Below, in pieces: positions 35,893-44,700 of a stretch of 64,000 nucleotides of DNA. Made by a program: the position numbers and the translations under genes. The notes under the pieces were generated by a model. The model saw nothing but the letters and a program-made list of their open reading frames with translations. It did no database searches and was not told the origin of the DNA. Position 1 is the first letter of the stretch, and each line of letters begins with the position of its first letter. The stretch comes from an uncultured Alphaproteobacteria bacterium (GTDB lineage: Bacteria > Pseudomonadota > Alphaproteobacteria > Rs-D84): positions 31,453-95,452 of the forward strand of contig CAJOGC010000003.1 in the NCBI GenBank assembly GCA_905234185.1, in the 5' to 3' direction.

Positions 35893-35920
35893 ATATAAGT
35901 TTTTAATCTTATTTTGCAAG
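35893..35920 (-). promoter_or_regulatory. candidate RpoH (sigma32)-type promoter of clpP-clpX
   Basis: The minus strand reads CTTG-caaaataagattaaaaa(17)-CTTATAT, about 75 nt upstream of clpP. Confidence 0.45.
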
Positions 35921-35929
35921 TGTCACATC

Positions 35930-35957
35930 TTGACAAACGCCAGAAAAAGTTTAATAT
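35930..35957 (+). promoter_or_regulatory. sigma70-type promoter
   Basis: TTGACA (35930-35935), 16 nt, TAATAT (35952-35957), upstream of the 35991 ORF. Confidence 0.45.
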
Positions 35958-35990
35958 TCCTGGTCTTGCAAAAAAAAGAGATATAAAAAT

Positions 35991-36425
35991 ATGCTGTGGA
36001 CACTGATTACCGCGATTATTTATAAAAACCAGATTGAAAAATCATCCAATAACACAATGGATTCAGAGCATACGCCCGGATTCTATAAAATAGAATCGGT
36101 TCGTCTGCAAAAATATTCGACCGCTATGGACAAAAAACTAGCATCCGCGATATCACGACACGAACGCGCTAATCATACAATGTCACACGCGGCCCAGATG
36201 GGCAAACCGTCGGCAATTCAAAATCATATTTATGCCAAACTGATTGCGGCCGAAAACCTTGTCCTGTTATCGCGTCATTTGGCAACCAACGCCGTAACCG
36301 ATTCGGTCAACATGACCAGCATGACACGCGATACAAATCAAGATATTGACTTTGCATATGATTTAGCCTACGGCACCAAACGGACAAAAATGAAATACAT
36401 TTTATCGAAAATCCGCGCAAAATAG
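35991..36425 (+). CDS. hypothetical protein (144 aa)
   Basis: An ORF with a consensus-like promoter upstream. No recognisable family. Confidence 0.45.
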   Translation: MLWTLITAIIYKNQIEKSSNNTMDSEHTPGFYKIESVRLQKYSTAMDKKLASAISRHERANHTMSHAAQMGKPSAIQNHIYAKLIAAENLVLLSRHLATNAVTDSVNMTSMTRDTNQDIDFAYDLAYGTKRTKMKYILSKIRAK

Positions 36426-36442
36426 CCCAGGATAAAGAAATT

Positions 36443-37612
36443 TTATTTTTCCATTAATACCGTAATACCCGGCAAATCGCGTCCTTCGATATATTCCAAA
36501 AACGCACCGCCACCGGTTGATACATATGAAATGTCATCTTTGACACCACATGCCTCTAGACATGCAACCGTATCACCACCACCAACAATACTTTTCAATT
36601 TTCCTGCACGCGTTTGTTCTGCAATCGCCCGCGCCAACGCAAACGATCCAACGGACCAATTCGGCGACCATTCCGCCATACCAACGGTTCCGTTCCAAAT
36701 CACGGTTGCGGCCGACCGAATCACATCAACATCACGCGCAGTTGTCAATGCCCCCGCGTCCAGAATAATATCGTCGTCTTCAATTTCATCAAATGTTTTG
36801 TCGGTGCGTGTCGCATTACGCGCAAACTCTTTGGCCACACCCTTATCCAACGGAATAAGGATTTCACAATTATTCGCGCGACCATATTTCAATATTTCCA
36901 ACACGATATCTTTCTGGTCTGGTTCATAAAGTGAATTACCAACATTGGCACCGACCGCATAGTTAAATGTTGTTCCCAGCGCACCCCCAATAATCAATTT
37001 ATCTGCGATTCGCGCAAGTGCCTTCAGAACCCCAATTTTTGTTGATATTTTGGCACCAGCAACTATCGCAACCAACGGGCGCACCGGATTATTCATAACC
37101 GCGTCCAATTGTTCAATTTCCGATGCCAATAATTGCCCAGCATACGACGGCAAATATTTTGTGACACCAACGGTTGATGCATGCGCACGGTGCGACACCG
37201 CGAACGCATCATTCACAAACAAATCGAAACCATCAGCCAACTTTTTAGCAAATTCTGAATCATTTTCTTCCTCGCCAGAATAGAACCGAACATTTTCCAG
37301 CAACACCACATCACCATCATGCATTCCGGACAAAAAGTCTTTATCCAAACAATCTTTAATTAATGGGATATGCATATATTCCGCGACGGGCGCCAGCGTA
37401 TATTCCATATTTCGCATTCCCCGCGGTCGCCCAAGATGTGCAACAATCACAACCCGCGCACCCGCATTACGCAACGCGTTTATTGTTGGCATACTTTGTT
37501 CTATTCGGAAAGCGTCGGTTATTTTTCCATCAACAATTTGGACATTAAAATCGTCACGCAACAAAACATATTTACCGCGAACATCAACATTATCAATCGT
37601 GCGAATTTTCAT
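36443..37612 (-). CDS. pgk: phosphoglycerate kinase
   Basis: ...GKYVLLRDDFNV..., AHLGRP, full-length 389 aa. Confidence 0.95.
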   Translation of the reverse strand: MKIRTIDNVDVRGKYVLLRDDFNVQIVDGKITDAFRIEQSMPTINALRNAGARVVIVAHLGRPRGMRNMEYTLAPVAEYMHIPLIKDCLDKDFLSGMHDGDVVLLENVRFYSGEEENDSEFAKKLADGFDLFVNDAFAVSHRAHASTVGVTKYLPSYAGQLLASEIEQLDAVMNNPVRPLVAIVAGAKISTKIGVLKALARIADKLIIGGALGTTFNYAVGANVGNSLYEPDQKDIVLEILKYGRANNCEILIPLDKGVAKEFARNATRTDKTFDEIEDDDIILDAGALTTARDVDVIRSAATVIWNGTVGMAEWSPNWSVGSFALARAIAEQTRAGKLKSIVGGGDTVACLEACGVKDDISYVSTGGGAFLEYIEGRDLPGITVLMEK

Positions 37613-38213
37613 TTTTTATCCTTTCCTTTACCGGTCCGAAACTCTTTCTATAATGTTCATTTATACCATATTTTTCGATTGCCTGTAAATGGGATTGTGT
37701 TGGATATCCGGCGTTTTTATCCCATCCATATTCGGGATATTTCTGCGCCAATTCACGCATAATTTTATCGCGTGTTTCTTTGGCAATTATAGATGCCGCG
37801 GCAATAGACAAAGATTTTGCATCGCCACGAACCACCGATTCGCCGTGCACACCGTCCGGCACCCTGTTTCCATCAACCAGACATAAATCCGGCACATGAT
37901 TTAACCCCGAAACCGCGCGCTCCATCGCACGCATAGACGCCCATAAAATATTCAGTTCATCTATTTCTGTGGGACTGCACGAGCCAACCGCCCAAATTGT
38001 GTTTTGCACGATCCAATCATACGCCACCCCGCGTTGATGCGGGCTCATCTGTTTAGAATCGCGAATTACAACGGGTATTTCTATATCGAATCGCGGAAAA
38101 ACCACCGCCGCCGCGATAACCGGACCACACAACGGTCCACGCCCAGCCTCGTCAACACCGGCGATTACGCCACCATGTGACAATTCTATTGAAAAATCAG
38201 GATTCATTTTCAT
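37593..38213 (-). CDS. rnhB: ribonuclease HII
   Basis: GVDEAGRGPLCGPV, ...DSKQMS... It overlaps the pgk start by 20 nt. Confidence 0.93.
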   Translation of the reverse strand: MKMNPDFSIELSHGGVIAGVDEAGRGPLCGPVIAAAVVFPRFDIEIPVVIRDSKQMSPHQRGVAYDWIVQNTIWAVGSCSPTEIDELNILWASMRAMERAVSGLNHVPDLCLVDGNRVPDGVHGESVVRGDAKSLSIAAASIIAKETRDKIMRELAQKYPEYGWDKNAGYPTQSHLQAIEKYGINEHYRKSFGPVKERIKNENSHD

Positions 38214-38219
38214 TACAAA

Positions 38220-39932
38220 TTATATAGACAAGCGATTCTGCACATATTCATCTTGGCTGTTGTACAGCGGCCATTGCCCCCCCGCCAATTCTTCCATAGA
38301 TGTCAACGGCTGATTAAGGCGCGCACGATATAACCACACATTAGACATAACGCGTTTAATATAACTGCGTGTTTCATAAGCAGGAAAACTTTCGATATAC
38401 AAAAGCGGGTCGTTTGTCACAAAAGACTTTTCGAACTTTATCAATGTTCCCATACCCGCATTATATGCCGCCAGCATTTTGATAATATTATTATCTATAT
38501 TTGGATGTGCCAACAAATCAACAATATATTGTTGCCCCAAAAACATGTTATGTTCTGGTTTAGACATATCGATATCGTCCATTTTTACATTGTTGCGTCG
38601 TGCGACCCGTTTTGCGGTACTTGGCATAATCTGCATCAGTCCATTTGCCCCCGCACCCGATTTTGCCGATGACCGAAATCCGCTTTCTTGTTTTGTAATC
38701 GCCAATAATAAAGCCCTGTCGATGGACCACCCACCCATAGGTTCCCAATCAGGCAAAGGATATTGCGCGGTATAAATAATATCTTCATCGATTTCCAAAA
38801 TACCACGATCGCGAATAACACTGGATGCCTGGATTGATACACGTGGCAATCCATATGCCGTCGCCACAGAATTAACGGCATGCAATGTTCTGTCGGATGC
38901 ACGCGCCGTGATAAGATATTTCAGATATTGCTCTGCGCGTTCACGATTATTAACCTGTAATAAAGCAAGGGCCATTTTGCCGTATTTACTGGACCGTAAT
39001 TCATCATAATCTTCTTCGGTACAATCCTGCTCAAAAAACTCATATTCTGGTACATTCCCCAACATGGTGGCCGACAACGCACCATAGAAAGCCATCGGAT
39101 GTACCGCGGCAATTCGCCAATATTTTTTTGCGGTATCCCGATTACCATTGGCATCAGCAGCACGCCCAGCCCAGAAAGCCGCCTCGGTTTTTCTTGCATT
39201 ATTTATTTGCTGCAAATCCAATATCCGCGCAAAATATTTTTGGCTTTCATTATATTTGCCTTCTTTGAAATAGAGCAAACCCATCGACCACAGCCCATAT
39301 TCAGAATTTGCATCCGCGGCCACGAACCCCCATTTTTTAGCCAATTCATATTCACCGTTTGTATAATAGATATATGACATACGCCCCGCCAGTCGTCCAT
39401 AATCCGATTCGGTAATCTTACGTTTGAACGAAGAATCTTCCAGTATCTGTCGTGCGGTTTTTGTACTGCCGCTGCGAATCGCTTTTTTAAATTTAGTAAT
39501 TTTATCCGCAACTTTGCCGGAATATTGCTTGGCAGTCCATGTTTCCGATTGGGCGGTTTCGATTGATTCACTGCCGGAAATAGAACTCGGCAAACTTGGT
39601 TTACGAACCTTTACCTTTTTAATATTTGCCAGTTTCGCCATACGATCGGCACCGGGCATATCATAATACTTATTCATCCAATTAACGACTTCTTGACCCT
39701 TGGTATGATAAGTTTTTGAAACATAACGTTGCATCAGAACTTCATTCATCAACAACTTATCTTCTATTAGTTTTTCGAGTTTAATTGCGGAATCTATTTT
39801 TTCTTTGTCTTGCAAAGAAAAAATTTGTTCATACAAACTTGCATCAACATCCGACAAAACATCCGGCGCGTCAACCGCGAACACGGAAAGCGGCAAAATA
39901 ATTGCGATAATAATCCCAACGATTTTTTTCAT
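38220..39932 (-). CDS. slt: soluble lytic murein transglycosylase (Slt70-like)
   Basis: Signal peptide, helical-repeat N-terminal domain, SLT catalytic motif ITKQESGFRSSAKSGAGANGLMQIMP. Confidence 0.88.
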   Translation of the reverse strand: MKKIVGIIIAIILPLSVFAVDAPDVLSDVDASLYEQIFSLQDKEKIDSAIKLEKLIEDKLLMNEVLMQRYVSKTYHTKGQEVVNWMNKYYDMPGADRMAKLANIKKVKVRKPSLPSSISGSESIETAQSETWTAKQYSGKVADKITKFKKAIRSGSTKTARQILEDSSFKRKITESDYGRLAGRMSYIYYTNGEYELAKKWGFVAADANSEYGLWSMGLLYFKEGKYNESQKYFARILDLQQINNARKTEAAFWAGRAADANGNRDTAKKYWRIAAVHPMAFYGALSATMLGNVPEYEFFEQDCTEEDYDELRSSKYGKMALALLQVNNRERAEQYLKYLITARASDRTLHAVNSVATAYGLPRVSIQASSVIRDRGILEIDEDIIYTAQYPLPDWEPMGGWSIDRALLLAITKQESGFRSSAKSGAGANGLMQIMPSTAKRVARRNNVKMDDIDMSKPEHNMFLGQQYIVDLLAHPNIDNNIIKMLAAYNAGMGTLIKFEKSFVTNDPLLYIESFPAYETRSYIKRVMSNVWLYRARLNQPLTSMEELAGGQWPLYNSQDEYVQNRLSI

Positions 39933-39938
39933 TTTATA

Positions 39939-40439
39939 TTAAAACAAAGAGGTCTTTGGTAATTTACAGACCACCGCCCCCTCATCATCCTCTGGTATTT
40001 GGTCAATAATCTTTTTGAAGTCCGATATTTTGGAAAACTTTCTATACACAGAAACGAACCGCACAAACGCGATTGGATCCAGGTTCAATAACGAATCAGA
40101 AACCATCTGGCCAACCATACTGCTGGGCACGACATCATCACCCGTTTCCGTTTCAAGCCGCCGATGTATCGATGTCACCAACTTATCTATCTGATCGTCA
40201 CTTACATCACGGTTACGACATGCCAATTTGATACTGCGTGTTAATTTTTCGCGATCGAACGGTTCCAGTTTGCCACTATTTTTACGAACGGTTAAATCGC
40301 GCATTTGAATGCGCTCTACCGTTGTGAACTTGGCACCGCATTGATTACACACGCGCCGCCGGCGGATAAGTGAATCCTCGGTATCTGGGCGCGAATCCGC
40401 AACACGACTGTCACTAGAATTACAATATGGGCATCTCAT
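39939..40439 (-). CDS. nrdR: transcriptional repressor NrdR
   Basis: MRCPYCNSSDSRVADSR...CNQCGAKFTTVE zinc ribbon plus an ATP-cone. Start is the internal ATG 40437-40439. Confidence 0.93.
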   Translation of the reverse strand: MRCPYCNSSDSRVADSRPDTEDSLIRRRRVCNQCGAKFTTVERIQMRDLTVRKNSGKLEPFDREKLTRSIKLACRNRDVSDDQIDKLVTSIHRRLETETGDDVVPSSMVGQMVSDSLLNLDPIAFVRFVSVYRKFSKISDFKKIIDQIPEDDEGAVVCKLPKTSLF

Positions 40440-40623
40440 GATTAGTATAAATTTAGCAATCAATTCTGTCGCGTGCAAGCATATTTTGCATTTTCACCAA
40501 ACCAAAAAAGTGCATTTTTTACAAAAATCAAGTCATTTATTTTACAGAACCCGCTTATCAACGACTTTTTTACCGCATCAAAATATGATAAAATAGCATA
40601 CACAGGGAATAAATCCGAGAGAA

Positions 40624-41724
40624 ATGGAAAAATACATTAACAAAATCTTGGCCGGCGATTGCATAGAATTAATGCGTGGCATACCCGATGCATCGGTCGA
40701 TGCCGTGTTTGCCGATTCCCCATATAATTTACAACTTGGTGAAAAAACTCTTTACCGCCCCGAAGATCAAACCGCCGCCCGCGCGGTCCGCGATGAATGG
40801 GATACGTTCGAGAGTTCCGATGCATATACCGAATTCACACGCAAATGGATTGCGGAATGTAAACGCGTTCTTAAACCGGACGGTGCATTCTGGACAATTG
40901 GCAGTTATCATAATATTTTCCGTATCGGCGCAATAATGCAAGATTTGGGTTTCTGGATTCTTAACGATATTGTGTGGGTAAAAACAAATCCTATGCCAAA
41001 TTTTCGTGGCACACGTTTTACCAATGCACACGAAACATTAATTTGGGCCACCCCGCACAAGACCGGAAAATATACCTTTAATTATGAAACGATGAAAAAA
41101 TTAAACGGCGGAAAACAAATGCGTTCTGATTGGGCTATGAACATATGCCTTGGTGAAGAACGGGTCAAGGGTGCCGATGGTAAAAGCCTGCATAACACCC
41201 AAAAACCACTTGATTTACTGCGCCGTGTAATACTTGCATCGACAAAACCTGGGGACATAATCCTGGATCCATTTATGGGTTCCGGCACAACGGCGGCGGC
41301 GGCGTGCGAACTGGGGCGCAATTTTATTGGGATAGACCGCGATATAACCTATGTTGCGGCTGCACGTGAACGCGTTGCTAATGTGACACCGATCGATTTG
41401 TCGGATATCGAAGTATCTGCACCAAAGCGCGCCGAACCACGCATCGCATTCCGTGAATTGATTGATGCGGGATTACTGCACATTGGTCAAACACTGGTCA
41501 GCCCGCGCGGCGAACGTGTAATGATTACACACGATGGACAACTGGCACACACGTTATATGGCAAGGCATCTATTCATGTCATGGCGGCGCGTCTGCAACA
41601 CAGTGTAAGTTTTAATGGCTGGGATTATTGGTCGGCGATAAAGCGCGACGGCACACTGGTTCCTATTGATGAACTGCGTAAATATATCCGCAATATCAAA
41701 CGCAATATGAAACAAGCCGCATAA
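40624..41724 (+). CDS. ccrM: CcrM-type N6-adenine DNA methyltransferase (GANTC specificity is an inference)
   Basis: Near-colinear with Caulobacter CcrM as I recall it: FADSPYNLQLG, WTIGSYHNIFRIGAIMQDLGFWILNDIVWVKTNPMPNFRGTRFTNAHETLIWA, ILDPFMGSGTT, and the C-terminal domain is present. Confidence 0.93.
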   Translation: MEKYINKILAGDCIELMRGIPDASVDAVFADSPYNLQLGEKTLYRPEDQTAARAVRDEWDTFESSDAYTEFTRKWIAECKRVLKPDGAFWTIGSYHNIFRIGAIMQDLGFWILNDIVWVKTNPMPNFRGTRFTNAHETLIWATPHKTGKYTFNYETMKKLNGGKQMRSDWAMNICLGEERVKGADGKSLHNTQKPLDLLRRVILASTKPGDIILDPFMGSGTTAAAACELGRNFIGIDRDITYVAAARERVANVTPIDLSDIEVSAPKRAEPRIAFRELIDAGLLHIGQTLVSPRGERVMITHDGQLAHTLYGKASIHVMAARLQHSVSFNGWDYWSAIKRDGTLVPIDELRKYIRNIKRNMKQAA

Positions 41725-41741
41725 TAGAAACATTGATGTTG

Positions 41742-41772
41742 AAAAACACCGCCAATCTTGGCGGTGTTTTTC
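41742..41772. terminator. bidirectional intrinsic terminator
   Basis: aaaaacaccgcc-aatctt-ggcggtgttttt. Confidence 0.65.
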
Positions 41773-41789
41773 GCATCATAAATATCAAA

Positions 41790-44700
41790 TTAGAACAATT
41801 TGAATTTATAGTTCGTACCCGCACGGAACGATACATCCGCATTGGATATACCCGCACCGGCATTGATGGACCAGCGATTGGTCAAGCCCATTGCCGCGCC
41901 AAACGCCGCCGCGGATTGACCATTAAAGTATCCATAGCCCGCACCAACCGAAACCTCGCCGCGTTCAACACCAGAAACCGCAACCGACGACAGTGCCACA
42001 GCACCCGCAACACCCGCCGACAGGTTCTTGTCCAGCGATTCAACACGTTGATCGGTATATGTTCTGGCCGTTGCCACCGCGCTGTCCGCAGCCGCATCAA
42101 CCGCCATACTTAACTGATCAAGGTTCTGGGCAACCGTATTCGTCGCCGACACATGTGCACCGGACAACGCGGTCATATCACCCAATGTATCTTCGTGCGC
42201 ACTAAGTCCGGCATCCAACGCATCCAATGCACCACGAACTGTTGTTGTTCCGCCACTAACCGCCAAGAATGATGTTGTCGCGCTTGGGGCTTCGTCACTG
42301 TAATCGACATCACCAATTGCCGCGGTGTTGGTATCAACCTGGGCATTTGTCGCCGCCAACGCATTCTTTAACGTTGTCGCCGTTGTTGCACCGTTCACTT
42401 GGGCACCGGTATATGTCGCGTTTCCAGCACTTGCCAACACGGTTGCAACCGTTGCCAATGTGTTTGCCCCACCGGTCGTCTGGGCCTCGGAACCATTATC
42501 GATTGCATTGGCTGTCGCTGTTCCAGCAAACTTCAACGAACCACCCAAAGTGGTGTCGCCTGTCACAGACAAATCGCCACCAACACTCGCGTCACCAGAT
42601 GCCGCCAACGTCGTTGTTGCAATACCACCGTTCGCGGTTAACAAACCTTCAAACGTGTTCGTACCCGTAAAGGTATTGTTCGTACCCAAACCTGCCTTTT
42701 CGGCATCCAATTCATGCAAAGCACCGGTAACCGTTGTCGCGGCAATATTGTTTGTGCCACCCAACGCCGCCAGGCCATGTTGTAATTGGTCTTCGACATT
42801 TTCGTCGACATCCAATCCCAACAGGTTTTCAGCCCAGTTGTGCGCCTGGTTGTACACAGCGGTCACACCTGTCGTCACCTCTTCTTTGGTTGCATATGTT
42901 GCCTTGATATTATTACCATCTTCGTCACCATATGCCTTGGCAACAATTGTCGCACCACTGACAATATCAGCAATATTGCTAGCATTTGTTTCGATTGCCG
43001 CGGTATTTGCATTGATTGCACCAGCAACCGTATGATTGGTCACACCGGCATCATTCAACACATCGATTTTATAATGACCTTCGCCATCCAAATCGTGCTG
43101 TAACCCAGCATTCAAATCCCAACCAAAATCATATTCAGACATTACGTCCGCGGTCAGTTGCATATAATTTGCCACCGCTTCGGCTGTGGATGCAGACGTC
43201 AGATTTTGATTCGCATATGTCCCAGTTGTCAACAACCCAGCCAACGCGGTTCTCTTATCCTTGGCGGAATCGGTTCCACTCATAATGCCATCAATTGCCG
43301 TATGCAGCGCGCCTGCGTTGGCGGTTTCTGTCATTGTAATATCAACAACATTACCCGTCCCCGGTGTCAACGCGACCCCGTTAACCTTTACGCCCTGGAT
43401 TGCGCTGTCGGCAATAGCCTTGGTTGCCGCCAAACCAGTTGTTGCATCATTCACTGCCGCCGCCACATCATCATATGTGCCAACCTTGGCCGCTGTGATA
43501 CCAGAATTTGCCGCCGCCAACTGGTCACTGGTCAACGCATCTTGCTTGCCGGACCATGTCGCCTTTTCCGATGCGGTCACGTGAATATCGGCATCCGCAA
43601 TATGGGCATCATAACCAGAAACCTTGGCTGCTGTGATACCAGAAGTCATCGGATCAGACGCATTAATATCGCTAATCGCATCTGCATTAGTTTTAACCTG
43701 GGTATCCAACGCGGTCAACGCATCACCCACAGTCAAATGATCCGAATCGGCCGCGGTATTCATATCGGTATTAGACTTAATATAATTACCATCAGTCCAC
43801 GAGCCTAACTTTGTATCCAAACCCGATTCGTTAATCAACTTGTCACTGAACACAATTTTATCGCCGTCTTTGGACACGCTGGTAAAGTAATTCATCCCTT
43901 CGATTTCCAAATTGCTGTCCAGTGTTGCGCCACCAAAATCCAATTCGACCTTGTTAGATGTACCATAACCGGTGTTTGCCAATTTAATACCTTTGACATT
44001 TGCGCCCGTTGTTGCGGCAAAAGTATCAATCGCCCCCGAAATTAAATTCGCATCGACATACAAATCACCACCGGTCACCGTTCCCAAATCGCCAGATGTT
44101 TCGATATTGCTGTTACGCGTATCCAACACGCCGGTACTGGCCAATGTTCCATCGAATTTCGCGCCCGACGCCAACATCAATGCGTTGCTGGACGCGGTGT
44201 TGTTAAAGTGTGTTGTCCCAGACAACATATTTATCACACCGTCGCCGGTAATTGTTGCACCGGATGCAAATGTCACATCATTTTTCAGGTCAACTGTTCC
44301 AGTGTTGCGCAGTTCCGCGGTTGTATCAAATGTATCCGCATCGAATTCGGTATATCCCATGTTGTCATACAAACCGTAAACTGTTGTTGGATCGGAATGC
44401 ACGATACCAAAGTTGCGGAAAGTTCCATAAATTTCCGAATTCAACAACATTGTTGTCGCGCCCGACGCGTTGTTAAATGTATTCCCCGCTGCGAATGTTG
44501 AATCAACCAACTCCGCCACACCTTCGTTATTAACATCAACGCCAATCTTGGAACTGTTAAGTCCCAACGCACCGCCTTCGGCATTGTTAATTGAACCAGT
44601 TCCTTCGACCTTGGCATTTTCTGTTACAAACGACGAATCGCCATCGATGGACAGGTTTGCCCCCAATGTAACCGATTTTGCGCCGTCACCGGTTCCGTCA

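Noticed and set aside
40479-40623. CtrA boxes (TTAA-N7-TTAA) or GANTC methylation sites in the ccrM upstream region
   Set aside because: I looked for them by eye because Caulobacter ccrM is regulated that way. I found no clear match, so I make no claim.
42325-43808. Several 100-236-aa plus-strand ORFs inside 41790-47243
   Set aside because: They are shadow ORFs of the repetitive autotransporter gene, with low-complexity A/P/V/S or C/R/I-rich composition.
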